Shown: piece after piece, positions 15,279 through 27,300 of the stretch | Numbering within the stretch: the first letter of the stretch is position 1 | Layout of the letters: the number at the start of each line of letters is the position of its first letter | From: a virus | Lineage: Duplodnaviria > Heunggongvirae > Uroviricota > Caudoviricetes > Crassvirales | Virus record (IMG/VR): IMGVR_UViG_3300042448_001903 | Coordinates: 1-64,000 of that record | Direction: 5' to 3' (one strand) | Length of the DNA stretch: 64,000 nucleotides | Position numbers and translations under genes: made by a program | The notes under the pieces: model-generated | Databases searched by the model: none | What the model was told of the DNA's origin: nothing | Seen by the model: only the letters and a program-made list of their open reading frames with translations

Positions 15279-15884
15279 ATGAATCTCAAATCCTCTGGCA
15301 CTATTTATTTTAAGAATATGCCAGATTTAAAATTAGATATATTAGTTATTCCAACATACAATACACTAACTCTTGGTGTTGCGGATGCTTCAACATATCC
15401 CACCGATCCTCCTAATGTAACTGCACCCACTATTGAAATAACAGTGCCTGGGTTTGGTATAGTTTCTTTACCGTTTAATGTAAATGATTTTAATGTATTT
15501 AATTCAGCTTCTTTAGGACTTAGCGTTGTAGGAGATCCTCTTTTACCTATTCCTGATGGTATTTACACTTTAACATATTCGGTGGCTCCTGCGTATGAAA
15601 ACAATGTCACAAGAACAATTATTCGTGTAGAACAGTTACAGGAGAAATTTGATAGTGCTTTTATGAAGTTGGATATGATGGAATGTGATCTTGCTATTAA
15701 AACACAATCAAAAGTGCAATTAAATAGTATATATTATTTTATACAGGGGGCTATAGCTGCTGCTAACAATTGTGCTGTAGATGTAGCAAATAAATTATAT
15801 CGTCAGGCTGACAAAATGTTAAACAATTTTATTAAATCAAATTGTGGTTGTTCTGGTAATAATTACATAAATAATTTTTATTAA
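15279..15884 (+). CDS. hypothetical virion protein (about 201 aa; the track starts it at GTG 15261)
   Basis: The ATG at 15279 (MNLKSSGTIY...) is preferred over the GTG that the track translated as M. The protein is Cys-containing. Confidence 0.4.
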   Translation: MNLKSSGTIYFKNMPDLKLDILVIPTYNTLTLGVADASTYPTDPPNVTAPTIEITVPGFGIVSLPFNVNDFNVFNSASLGLSVVGDPLLPIPDGIYTLTYSVAPAYENNVTRTIIRVEQLQEKFDSAFMKLDMMECDLAIKTQSKVQLNSIYYFIQGAIAAANNCAVDVANKLYRQADKMLNNFIKSNCGCSGNNYINNFY

Positions 15885-15885
15885 A

Positions 15886-16038
15886 ATGGCTAATTGTCGT
15901 AATTGTGGATTAAAAGTGGGGTGTGGCTGTCAATTAATAAATGGATTGTGTTCAGCCTGTAACAATAAACTTAAAACAGTCACTAAAAGAATAAAAAATG
16001 TTATCTCCAAGATTAACCAATTGTATTGATTGTACAAC
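15886..16038 (+). CDS. unannotated 50-aa Cys-rich ORF (MANCRNCGLKVGCGCQLINGLCSACNN...)
   Basis: It has 8 Cys in the first 27 residues in CxxC...CGC...CxxC spacing. It is below the 60-aa cut-off of the track. It overlaps the start of the track ORF 15998..16264 in another frame. Confidence 0.25.
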
Positions 16039-16264
16039 TATACCAGTACTTTTAACTGATATTGATTGTAAACTAACAGATTTAGCAAAAGATCAATATA
16101 ATAATATTGTTTTTTCTTTAAACAATAGTATCCCAGAAGTTGCTATAGGGGATCTTTTAAATTATAAAAGAATTTTAACATATAAGTTTTGCAATCCTGA
16201 TTATGCAAGCAAATATACAGTGGCTATGATAGCTAGTAAAATAAAAATATTAATTCATAAATAA
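15998..16264 (+). CDS. hypothetical small protein (88 aa)
   Basis: The ORF is in the track. It is Cys-containing. Its true start is uncertain because of the overlap with the 15886 ORF. Confidence 0.3.
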   Translation: MLSPRLTNCIDCTTIPVLLTDIDCKLTDLAKDQYNNIVFSLNNSIPEVAIGDLLNYKRILTYKFCNPDYASKYTVAMIASKIKILIHK

Positions 16265-16272
16265 ATCAAATA

Positions 16273-17412
16273 ATGAGTTGCTCAAATTGTTATAACGGTT
16301 GTGTAGAAACAATTTCCGACAGATGTGTTAGATACACAGGAGAAAATGTTCCTATTTTAGCTATAGAAACAGGAGATACACTTCTTTCTGTAGAACAAAT
16401 TTTAATTGATAAAATAATATCTTTTTTAGATGGAACAGGTATAAATATTACAGTGGATCCAAGTGCTTATTGCATCTTAGTCACTAAGTATTTAGCCCCT
16501 TGTTTCCCAGAATGCGGTACTCCTACTATTGTAGATCTTTTTACAGCTTTAGTAAAAGCAGCATGTGACTTACAATCTCAGGTGGATGTAATTAATACAG
16601 CACTTATTCCCCCTACATATGATGTAGATTGTTTATCTGGAGTGACTTCTAGTTCAACCACTGCTCAAGTGTTACAAGCTGTAATAACAAAACTATGTGA
16701 ATTCGGTGTTGATCTTGAAGCATTAGCTCTTGACGTAGATACAAATTATGTAAAACTTGCAGATCTTAATAGTCTTATAGCTGCTTATCTAGCCAGCCAA
16801 ACTGGAAGTACACAGCAATATGTAAAAATGGTTCCTTATACTATGATGCAGTATTTTGGGCCACTAAGCTATTTCGATTCTACAGGAGCTGGTTTTGAAG
16901 CACAAGGGTGGGATAAAGTGTATTTATGTAATGGATTAAATGGTACACCAGATATGAGAGGAAGAGTTCCTGTTGGAGCAATTGCCTTAGTTCCTGGAGG
17001 TGCTTTAGATCCTGCTGTAAGCCCTGCTTATCCAGATAATCCAAATTATGGTTTAGGAGACGCAACAGGTGATAACACTATTGCACTTTCTACATCACAG
17101 CTTCCTATCCATACTCATTCTACTACTGTTAATACAGTGGTAACAGATCCAGGCCACTTTACAGATATTAAAGTGGGTGTGTCTGATTACACACAATGGG
17201 ATGACAATAGTACAAACGAGGGAAGACCTATTACAAGAGTAGAAAATGTTCAAGGAACTGGTTCTATTTTATCTACAGCTACCACCACTCAAAAAGCTTA
17301 TACAGATATTGAAGTTGAAACAACTGTATCAGTAGGAAATACAGGAAGTGGAAATGGGCATAGAAATATTCAGCCTGTAAGAGCTTGTTATTATATTATG
17401 TACATTCCTTAA
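16273..17412 (+). CDS. Cys-rich hypothetical tail/virion protein (379 aa)
   Basis: The ORF is in the track. The N-terminus MSCSNCYNGCVETISDRCVRY is Cys-rich. Confidence 0.45.
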   Translation: MSCSNCYNGCVETISDRCVRYTGENVPILAIETGDTLLSVEQILIDKIISFLDGTGINITVDPSAYCILVTKYLAPCFPECGTPTIVDLFTALVKAACDLQSQVDVINTALIPPTYDVDCLSGVTSSSTTAQVLQAVITKLCEFGVDLEALALDVDTNYVKLADLNSLIAAYLASQTGSTQQYVKMVPYTMMQYFGPLSYFDSTGAGFEAQGWDKVYLCNGLNGTPDMRGRVPVGAIALVPGGALDPAVSPAYPDNPNYGLGDATGDNTIALSTSQLPIHTHSTTVNTVVTDPGHFTDIKVGVSDYTQWDDNSTNEGRPITRVENVQGTGSILSTATTTQKAYTDIEVETTVSVGNTGSGNGHRNIQPVRACYYIMYIP

Positions 17413-17431
17413 TATTTTAAATTATTAATAT

Positions 17432-17758
17432 ATGTCTTGTTTACCAGGCACACCTTGTTTTGAAAATACAGTGAATGCTTTCTATCCAAAAAAATGTGAT
17501 AATGGATGGTTTAAAGGCTATCCAATAGCTGCCACTGATGTTAAATATAATGGCCCTAATTTACCAAATTCAGGGGTGGATACAGGAGATAGTCTTGTTG
17601 TAGCTTTGGAAAAACTAGATAATACCTTAGATCCTTATACAATAGCACGACAAACTTTATATATGATTTTTCAAAATACAGATCTTATAGAGAGTTTTTG
17701 TACATTAACAGGATTTTGTGTACCTACAACTACCACATCTACAACCCTTCCATTATAA
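17432..17758 (+). CDS. hypothetical protein (108 aa) with C-terminal poly-Thr tail
   Basis: It ends ...PTTTTSTTLPL. It is the last gene before a rho-independent terminator. Confidence 0.4.
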   Translation: MSCLPGTPCFENTVNAFYPKKCDNGWFKGYPIAATDVKYNGPNLPNSGVDTGDSLVVALEKLDNTLDPYTIARQTLYMIFQNTDLIESFCTLTGFCVPTTTTSTTLPL

Positions 17759-17793
17759 ATTGTTAAAAGTCTCGTTTATTGGTTTTCGGGACT

Positions 17794-17828
17794 CCCCTCA
17801 AGATTTTTCTTGGGGGGTTTTATTTTAT
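17794..17828 (+). terminator. rho-independent terminator: CCCCTCAAGA-TTTTT-CTTGGGGGG followed by TTTTATTTT
   Basis: It has a 9-10-bp stem with one mismatch and a 5-nt loop, and a T-run starts at 17818. Confidence 0.6.
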
Positions 17829-17870
17829 AACCATTTTAGTTAAACTATATAACTAGATTAGTTAAATTAA

Positions 17871-17903
17871 TTTGGTAAATATAAAAATAAATCCCTATCT
17901 TTA
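17871..17903 (+). promoter_or_regulatory. candidate promoter TTTG-N21-TATCTTTA (one mismatch to TAnnTTTG) upstream of 17929 gene
   Basis: TTTG lies at 17871-17874 and TATCTTTA at 17896-17903, within a 170-bp intergenic gap after a terminator. Confidence 0.35.
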
Positions 17904-17928
17904 CACTAATTTTAACTAATTATTACTT

Positions 17929-19152
17929 ATGATAGAAAATCAAAATCTGTTATTTCAATTAGAAAAACTTTTAAGTTGGAAAAAATCCAAAGCTTTTTAT
18001 GCGGATAAACTAGGAATTACAGAAGAAGAAGTGGCAGAATTGTTAAAAGAATTAAAAGAAAAAGAGTCTGTTCCTCAAGTTTTGACAGACGCTAATGAAA
18101 AATATGAGGCTTTTAGAAAGGTTAATATAGAAAAAGGGACAGCAGAAAGTACAATAGTTGTAGATTTTGAGCCTAAGAATGATATAGAACTTGCCAAATT
18201 ACATAAAATTAATCTAGACAAATATGTAATAACCAACTATTGGTCTAAAAGACTTCCTAATGGAAAATTTACATCTTCTGTTTTTTCCAAAATAAAAGCA
18301 CCAAAAGATTACACTCCAGAAGATTTTGCAAAGTTTTTAAATAATTATAAACCATCTTACGTTCCTTTAGATAAATCTAATCATGTACATCTTTTTGATA
18401 TTGATGTAGAAATTTCTATTGCAGATTTTCATTTGGCCAAACAAGTGATAGATGGTCCAAATTGTTTAAAAGAGAGAAAAAATCTTTTTTTAAGAATGGT
18501 AAAGAATTTGATAGGGAAAGTGAGAGCAGTTTCAACTATAGATAGAATAGTACTTCCTATTGGTAATGATTTTTTCCACACAGATAATTATCAAAACCAA
18601 ACTACAAACGGTACTCCCCAAGATGTGATAGCAGATTATGCTAGTGAATATGAGGCTGGATTTGATGTTCTTGTAGAAGCAATATCTTTTTTAAATGAAA
18701 ATGCGAAGGAAGTGCATGTTGTTCTTGTTCAAGGGAACCATGATAGAACTAAAGATTTTTATCTTGCCCACGCACTAGAAGTATTTTTTAAAAAAGACTC
18801 TAATATACATTTTCAAAGAAACCACTCAACAACAAAAAGTATTGTTTTAGGAAACACATTTATAGGATACCATCATGGAAATTGTAAGATAGATGATCTT
18901 CCTTTGTTATTTGCTACAGGAAAAGATGCTTACAGTTTTGGAAATGCTAAATATAGAGAGGTTCATACAGGAGATAAACACTTCTATATGGCTAAAGAAA
19001 TTAAAGGAGTGAGAATACAACAAATGCCTTCTTTATCTGGAGCAGATAGATGGCATGCTGACAATAATTATGTAAACAATATCAGATCTGCTATTGCTAC
19101 CATGTATGACACTGAAACAGGTAGAATAGGTGAATTTGAAGAAAGAATATAA
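17929..19152 (+). CDS. calcineurin-like metallophosphoesterase (Mre11/SbcD-like motif set), 407 aa
   Basis: Its motifs are in canonical order: D-x-H (IADFHL), GD-x-F-like (IGNDFFH), GNHD (VLVQGNHDRTK), HHG (GYHHGN) and GD-x-H (HTGDKHF). Confidence 0.55.
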   Translation: MIENQNLLFQLEKLLSWKKSKAFYADKLGITEEEVAELLKELKEKESVPQVLTDANEKYEAFRKVNIEKGTAESTIVVDFEPKNDIELAKLHKINLDKYVITNYWSKRLPNGKFTSSVFSKIKAPKDYTPEDFAKFLNNYKPSYVPLDKSNHVHLFDIDVEISIADFHLAKQVIDGPNCLKERKNLFLRMVKNLIGKVRAVSTIDRIVLPIGNDFFHTDNYQNQTTNGTPQDVIADYASEYEAGFDVLVEAISFLNENAKEVHVVLVQGNHDRTKDFYLAHALEVFFKKDSNIHFQRNHSTTKSIVLGNTFIGYHHGNCKIDDLPLLFATGKDAYSFGNAKYREVHTGDKHFYMAKEIKGVRIQQMPSLSGADRWHADNNYVNNIRSAIATMYDTETGRIGEFEERI

Positions 19153-19154
19153 AA

Positions 19155-19880
19155 ATGGCTACATTAAGAAAATTAGTTTCTGACGTAAGAAGTATGCACA
19201 GATTGTTATCAACGGATAGTTTGATAACAGATCGTGCTATTGCTTCTGAGATAAAAAACAACACTATTCTTCTTGTTAAAAGAGAGACTAATCTTAGAAA
19301 ACTTTGGGCTACAGATACACTATTCACCACTATTCCTTGTTTAGAGTTAGTGGAGGTGCCCATTTCTGAATGTTGTGATTTCCAAGATCCTTGCACCGTA
19401 GCTAGAACAAAATTTAAACTTCCTCGTATTTCTGAAGGAAATTATCAATATTTAATTCAAGGAGTTTGGTCTATAAATGCTTTGGGAGGAAAAGGAAAAA
19501 GATTTAAAGAGATAACTATAAATAGATATTTAAATCTATTAAAACTACGTATTGTTAAAAATGAACAATATTATTGGATAGCTAACGGTTATTTATATAT
19601 AAACAATCCTCTTTTAGAGGCTATAAGAATTGCTGCTTTTTTTGAAGAAGATGTTCCAAATGAAATAATGTTTTCCGAATGTGCTTGTAGAAATAACATT
19701 AACACAGAAGATTTCTGTAAAAATCCATTAGATAAAGAATATGGTTGTCCTGGTTATTTGGAAAAACAAGTACTAGAACTTACGTCTCAAAAATTATTAG
19801 GTACATACTTTAGAATTAAAACAGATCTTACAGATGATAATGTAGATGGCCAAGCAGTTAATGCACCAAATGGAAAATAA
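19155..19880 (+). CDS. hypothetical protein (241 aa)
   Basis: The ORF is in the track. Confidence 0.4.
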   Translation: MATLRKLVSDVRSMHRLLSTDSLITDRAIASEIKNNTILLVKRETNLRKLWATDTLFTTIPCLELVEVPISECCDFQDPCTVARTKFKLPRISEGNYQYLIQGVWSINALGGKGKRFKEITINRYLNLLKLRIVKNEQYYWIANGYLYINNPLLEAIRIAAFFEEDVPNEIMFSECACRNNINTEDFCKNPLDKEYGCPGYLEKQVLELTSQKLLGTYFRIKTDLTDDNVDGQAVNAPNGK

Positions 19881-20359
19881 TGCCAAGAGTAAAAGTAGAA
19901 TGGAGAAGTGCTAGTAAAGAAAATTATGTTGATTTTTGTAAAAAAAACTCTGACATAAAAATATCTTTTGATAAATGGAGGAATATTATTTATTCTTTTA
20001 ACGAGTCTTTTAAAATATATATTTTAGAAACAGGGGATAAAGGGAGACTTCCTTCAGGATTTGGTGAATTCTCAATTAACAAAAAGAAAAGAAAAAAGGT
20101 TAGTATTTATAATGGTAAAGAATATATAAATCTTCCTATTGATTGGCAAAAGACAAAAGAAAAAGGGAAGAAAATTTATAATTTTAATTATCACACAGAA
20201 GGTTATTTTTTTGGATGGGTGTGGTTTAAAGAATCGACAAGACTAAAACATTCATATCTCTGGTATTTCAAACCCACAAGAGTCACCTCAAGATTGTTGT
20301 CTCATTACTTAAAAACTGACGAAAAATATCAACATATTTACAAATCATGGAAAATTTAA
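19880..20359 (+). CDS. hypothetical basic, Trp/Tyr-rich protein (159 aa)
   Basis: The ORF is in the track. It has a K-rich segment KKKRKKV. Confidence 0.4.
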   Translation: MPRVKVEWRSASKENYVDFCKKNSDIKISFDKWRNIIYSFNESFKIYILETGDKGRLPSGFGEFSINKKKRKKVSIYNGKEYINLPIDWQKTKEKGKKIYNFNYHTEGYFFGWVWFKESTRLKHSYLWYFKPTRVTSRLLSHYLKTDEKYQHIYKSWKI

Positions 20360-20364
20360 AATAA

Positions 20365-21294
20365 ATGTCTTATTATTATAAATATAATTTTATATCTCCA
20401 GAATCTGTTTATTCCACTGTAAAAGAGGAATTAAAAAGTTATTTTGATACTGGGGCTGTAGATGATCTTTTATTTCCTACATATTTAGATAAATGTCTAA
20501 GAAAATTAGGAAGAACAACTTATGTAATAACTCCTCAACTATTACATATACATGATTTTGAGACAAGACTACCTGATAATTTTTATGCTGTTAGAGAAGC
20601 TTGGTTATGTACAGAAATTCCTGGCTACCCTTATCAATCAGCTAATTCATTCTATTCTCAAGCTGCTTCTCAAACCACTATTCAAGTGAGTCCTGTTACA
20701 CACGGAGGAGCTGGTTGTACAAATGTTGATTGTAATAATCAAGATTGTACAGGAGAGTGCATGCCTGAATTAATTCAAGCTGTATACAAAACAAATAATC
20801 AGGTGGCTGTTTCCTACCACAAACAATATTTATTAAAACCAGGAAATATCTCTGTTAAAGAACATTGTTCTCTGGATTGTAGAAATATTGGGGCTTCTTC
20901 TGCAGATTCGTTTGATATTAGGGATAACAAATTTGTTACCAATTTTAGAAATGGTGTAGTTTATTTATTGTTTTATGCAACAGAATATGATAATAATGGA
21001 AATCAAATGATTCCAGATAACTATCGTATATTAGAATACGTTGAGGCTTTTATTAAATACAAAGTGTTTGAAATGTTATCTAATCAGTTAACCGATGAAA
21101 CATTCCAACAGATTCAATCTAAACTTGTTTATTACAAACAACTGTCTGATGAAGCATTTATAATGGCAGATATTGAAATAAAAAAGCAAGATGTTTATGC
21201 TAAACAGAGAAGAATAAAACAAGATTTAAATAGATTCAATATGTATGAGTTACCTAATAGGGTGACTAGATATGGTTGGAGAAGAAATGGGTAA
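20365..21294 (+). CDS. hypothetical Cys-rich protein (309 aa)
   Basis: The ORF is in the track. It has a CTNVDCNNQDCTGEC cluster. Confidence 0.4.
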   Translation: MSYYYKYNFISPESVYSTVKEELKSYFDTGAVDDLLFPTYLDKCLRKLGRTTYVITPQLLHIHDFETRLPDNFYAVREAWLCTEIPGYPYQSANSFYSQAASQTTIQVSPVTHGGAGCTNVDCNNQDCTGECMPELIQAVYKTNNQVAVSYHKQYLLKPGNISVKEHCSLDCRNIGASSADSFDIRDNKFVTNFRNGVVYLLFYATEYDNNGNQMIPDNYRILEYVEAFIKYKVFEMLSNQLTDETFQQIQSKLVYYKQLSDEAFIMADIEIKKQDVYAKQRRIKQDLNRFNMYELPNRVTRYGWRRNG

Positions 21295-21319
21295 AAATCT
21301 AAACAGAAAAGTTTAATAA

Positions 21320-24300
21320 ATGGCTGAAAATAATCAATCCGCTGGTAATATAAGAGAAGAGTATAACTTAGCAAGAATTGGTCTTGATATGGATAGCTCT
21401 GCTAATCAAATAGCAAAGGGTAAGCTTTCTTATGCTCTTAATGCTACTATAGAGAATTTTGATAGTGACAGTGTTAACTATCAAAATGAACCAGGAAATG
21501 AACTATGCTTAAACTTTCCCCAAGACTATCATCTTATTGGGACACATTTTATTCCAGAAAAAAATAAACATATATTCTTTCTTACAAATCCATCTTCAGG
21601 AGCTTCTGAGATTGGGTATATGAATAATAATGATTGTACCTACCATACATTAGTATCTGCCACTTGTCTAAATTTTAATATAGACAACCCTATTCATAAA
21701 GTGGTACATAAAATAACTAATTGTACCACTGAAATTTATTGGACGGATGGTTTAAATCCAAGAAGATATTTAGATATTGAAAACATACCATATATTTTAT
21801 CCTACCCAATAGCTTTAGGTGGAAATATTAATTTATGTGGAATAACAGAAACAAAAGAACTAGATTGTAATAAATTAAATGTTCAACCCAACTTTGAAAT
21901 TCCACAACTAGAAGTGGTGGATATTAATACAGGTGGAGAGTTGCAAGCTGGAACATATCAATTTGCAATACAATATTGTGATGCTAATGGGAATTCATAT
22001 ACATCATATTATTCTGTTACTAATCCAACACCTATTTTTGATGCAGCTAAAACTACATTAAATTTTAACTATACGGTGGGAAGATCTATTGTAATTAATG
22101 TCTCTAATTTAGATATATCAGGACTGTTTAAATATTTTAATTTAGCAGTGATAAAAACCGTTAATGCTATTTCTTCCGTAGAATTAGTTGGAACATATTT
22201 TATAAATAATGTTAGTAGAGAGATTACCTACACTGGTCAAAATGTAACACAAATTAGACTTACAATTAATGACATTTTTGAAAAATTTCCTTATTATGAA
22301 ATAGCAGAAGATCTTACAACAGTGCAGGATGTACTAGTGTGGGACGGTCTTACATCTATTGATAGAATTAACTATCAACAAATTGCTAATCAAATAGATC
22401 TTAAATGGCAATCTTATAGAATTCCTAACACTGAAACATACGCTGATGAGTTAAATGCCACTAATTATAGAGGATATTTAAGGGATGAAGTGTATGCATT
22501 TGAAATTGTTTTTTTATTAAAAAATGGAAAACAAACAGATGGGTTTCATATTCCTGGAAGAGCTATTACATTTAATGAAACTTCTGAACCATTAGTGCCT
22601 ACAACAAACCCTGATTTTGTTGGAGACCCTGAATTTGAATCTGGTGGTGTAGGATATAGTGCTTATTGGAAAATTTATAATACAGCATCTGTTACAGGTT
22701 TTAATCCTGAATACTTAGCAGCTTTAAATAAAATTACATATAAAGGTCCATATCAATATGGAGAGTTTGCTTATTGGGAATCTACAGAAAAATATCCTTG
22801 TAATATAGATGTATGGGGTGAATTAGCAGATCAACCAATTAGGCACCATAAGTTTCCTGATGTATTAGTTAGTCCTATATTTGAAAGTCCTGTTTATTCA
22901 TTAGGACCAGGTTTTTCACCAGTGATGCAAAATGATGCTATATTCCCAATAGGAGTGAGGATAGATATTCAACAAGTTTCTCAATTAATATATACATCTA
23001 ATTTAACAAAAGAACAAAAAGAAAGTATTGTTGCTTTTAAAATTGTTAGAGGAGATAGAAGTACAAACAAATCCATTATATCTAAAGGGATATTAAGGAA
23101 TGTAGGGAAATACAATAGAGAGGGGACAGACTATTATTATCCAAACTACCCATATAACGATCTTAGAAAAGATCCTTTTATACTTTCAAAAAGTAATGCC
23201 TACAAAGATGAGTGTAAGGTGTATACAGGCACACCTAGTGTAAGTGGTACATATCAATATACAGATTGTTACACAAATACACCTATTACAGCTAACATGA
23301 CTGCTGGTACTCTTATTACAATTACATCTCTATCCACCCCAATAGCTTTAACAGGCACTGTAACATTTACAGAGTCTACCACTATACCATTATCAGATTA
23401 TTACATTACACCTGAATTAGAGGGATTTTCTTCTGATGATTCTAAATACAGACATGTGTTTAATTCTCCAGAAACTTTATTTGGACAACCTTATTTAGGG
23501 AATGTCCTTAAATTAGAAAATATTATTCTTGGTGGCGGAAAGGCTCATTTTGTACAAGTTAGAGAACATGCTTTATATAAATTATTAACAAAAGAGGCTC
23601 AAAAGGATGCATTAAACTCTAGTACAGAAATAGCTTCTATAACAGGAACATTAGATCCTTTAGTTTTATTCACTGCTTATCAGGCTTATCTACAAATTTA
23701 TATTAACGGTATTACAAGAAGAAATTACGCATATTCTTTTAACTCTATTGCTAGCTATGATTATAGTGCTGATATAATCAATAATGTAGGAGTGAAACAA
23801 AGACCTCTGGCGGTTGCTCAGTATATTTTTGAGGGAGTACAGGCTATAGGAGAAACTAATGGTATAAATATAAATAATTATAATAGAGAGTCTTCTGTAT
23901 TTTTAAAAACTATAGAAACTAGAAATGGTAATGTTGTAACACCTCTTCCATTTCCAGATAAAAGTCCTTCTATTGCTCCTGTAGGGGTGAGTCTTTTTAC
24001 AGATAATTCTAGATTTGTAGCTTCTGATGATGATAAATGTTCCACTCCTAGCGAGGAAAGGCATATTGATGTTATCTCTTATTACGGATCAATGAAAAAT
24101 ATATTTGTTAACCAATGGGGACAAATATATTCATATGACACAATTGATACAGGTTTCCAAAGAAATATAGAAATAGATAATATTCTTAATGGGCAGCCTT
24201 CAATAGATACAGTTTTTGGTGGGGACACTTTTATAGGAAAGTTTGCTTTTAAAACTAAACTTCCTTTATTTATAGATGATAGAGTGAATGCTCCAGATGA

Positions 24301-27300
24301 TTCAGATATATTTTATGATGAGGTGGGAAATATAGCCTACCCTAAATATTGGTTTTCTTCTAGATCTATTCTTAGTGACTACACTCCAACAGGAGGCACT
24401 GTAATGAAGAATATTATATCTATTAAAGCTCACAATTTTGATTGCCCTAATAGTCAACTTCCTGCACCAACACCTGGGCCTCCTGTTGTTGTAAATCCTA
24501 ATAGAACTTATTATGATGGAAAAATGTATTTATATGCTTATGGTATTCCATACTTTTATGTGGAATCTTCTATTAACGTAGACCTTAGACAAGCATTTAA
24601 CAACCAAGAAGGAGATTTTTATCCACATGTAAGTACAGGTATTCCTGATAACTGGCTACAAGAGTCAGTTGTACCTATTGCTCAAGATAATACATATTAT
24701 TACAACGTAACATATTCAAAACAAAACAAGGAAAATCTTTTTTCGCATCTTCCTAATAACTGGGAACCTAAAGTGTGTTTTACAACTTTTCCTTTCAGGG
24801 CAATATATTCTGATCAACAGGAGAGTTTTACAAACTCAGGAGTGAATAACTGGTTGAACTATAGTGCAACTTCTTATTTTGATTTTCCACAAAATTTTGG
24901 TAAACTAACATCATTAGATGGTATTCAAAATAAAGCTGTATTAGCAAGATTTGAAAACAAGTCTTTGCTTTACAATACAATGCTTACTGTACAAACAAGC
25001 AATCCACAAGCAGCTTATTTAGGTAATGATACATTATTTAAATCAGCTCCTCCAATTGATTTTGCTGAAACAGATCTTGGATATGTAGGAAGTCAAAATA
25101 AATTTTTATTAAAAATTCCTCAAGGACAAATTACTGTTGATGCTAAAAGAGGACAAATATTTTTAATTACTGGTAACCAGGCATCAGATCTTTCTGCTTT
25201 TGGGCTTGGAATGAATAAGTTTTTTACGGATCATTTAGCTTTTGAAATACTCAGATACTATCCAACAGTAGACACAGACAATCACTTTAATGGAATTGGG
25301 TTACATGGAGTGTATGATAGTAAGTTTGATAGAGTGATTATATCAAAATTTGATTATATTCCTCAAAGTTCAAATATTAAATATGACGAAGCAACAAAAG
25401 ATTTTTATGTAGAAAGAGTTGTAAATGGTGTTACATTTAAAGATGTAGTGAGTCTGTCTGATACAAATTATTTCTGTAATAAATCTTGGACACTTTCTTT
25501 TAACATGAACACCAAAAGTTGGGTAAGCTTTCACAGTTATATTCCAAACTTTTACATAGCAGAAAATAATTTCTTTTATTCAGGAATAAATGGAGGATGC
25601 GATCTTGAAGCTCTTGCTTTTGAAGAACTTCCTCCTACAACCACTACTACTACAACAGTTCCAATACCAATTGATTTTTCTTTTGTTTACACTTGTATAT
25701 GTGTAGGAAATGGTTGTGGAAGAATCTCAGTGGGCCCTACAGGAGTTTATCCAGAAGGATATATTACTGGCGGTAGTGGAGAATATGATATAAACTCTTT
25801 CCCTTATTCTAGTGAAAGTGGAGCAATAAATGGAGTGTTTAGTCTTAATGTCACTCATTTACAAAACGATGAGGTGGATAATGGAACTTGGTATATTGCT
25901 GTTAGAGACCATAACAATCCTTCTAACATAACGGTAAAATCTATAGAAATTAATTGTAGTAACTATCCTGTAGTATTAGGACCTTCAGGTGGAACAGAGT
26001 TTGAAGCTTGTTCTTTATATCCTGAAGGCCCAACAACAACATATTATACCACTACATCTAGTTTAACAGTAGATCTCACTATTTTTTATACTGATCCAGC
26101 ATGTACAATTCCTTTTAACGGTGGTACATTATATTATAGCGATGGTACAAATTATTATTTAATTGGACCAGAAGGAATGTTGTATAATTTCTTTACATGT
26201 CCTCCTCCTTCTACAATAAATTGGTCTTTATCTGAAGCAGATTTAGCAGGGGAATATTTTGTTGATGGTCGTTTATACATAGATTACACAGATGTTAGTG
26301 GTAACCTTCAAACTTTAGATGTTGATACACCATCAAGTGGTAGTTTAGCAGTGAAAGAGAATACTACATTCACTGCGTGGAATACTTCAAATTTTAGGGG
26401 TTTTAATGTTCCTGTTGATAGTTCAACTATTACAATAACAGTTGATGGTATATCTACAAATGTTAGCGGTGGAACAATTACTGATTTTTCAATAATAACA
26501 GCTACAGCAGCTCCTGTAACCACTGTATTAAGCGGTGTTTATACAGTTGCAGCAACTACTTCAGTGGTTGTAACAGATCTTAGTAACTGTATTTGTGTTG
26601 GTTATGGTGGACAGGACACTTGTTGTGAAGCAATAGCTGGATATAATGAAGGTTGTATTCCAGATCCTGGATGTTATGGTTCATCATTAACTGTTTATAG
26701 TAGTTGTGGAAGTAGTTTTGGAATAGGATGTACAGTTTATTATGATCCAGCATTAGAATTTCCTGTATTGCTATTTAATAATAAATGGATATATGACGGA
26801 ACTACTTGCTGGCATGTTGGCCCAGACACTGTAATAGATGGTGAAGGAAGTTGCACTACAACTACTACCACTACATTACCAGCTGAAATACTCACTAGTT
26901 TTAACAGTGGTACAGGATTAAATAATGACGCATGGACAGTGGATTATGATTCTAATAATAATTATGTTGTTGGTGGAGATTTCACTGCTTACAATGGTGT
27001 TACATATAATAGAATAATTAGATTTAATTCTTCAGGGGTTCCTGACCCAACATTCACTGGATTAACAAGTGGATTTAATGGAAGAGTGTATAAAGTTAAA
27101 ATACAATCAGATAATAAAATTTTAGTTGGAGGAGCTTTTACAAGTTATAATGGTACTGTTGCCAATAGTATAATTAGATTAAATTCTGACGGTACAATAG
27201 ATTCTTCTTTTGTATATGGTACAGGATTTACAGGACAAGTGAGAGATATTGATATTCAAACTGACGGTAAAATAGTAATAGTAGGAGCATTTACTAATTA

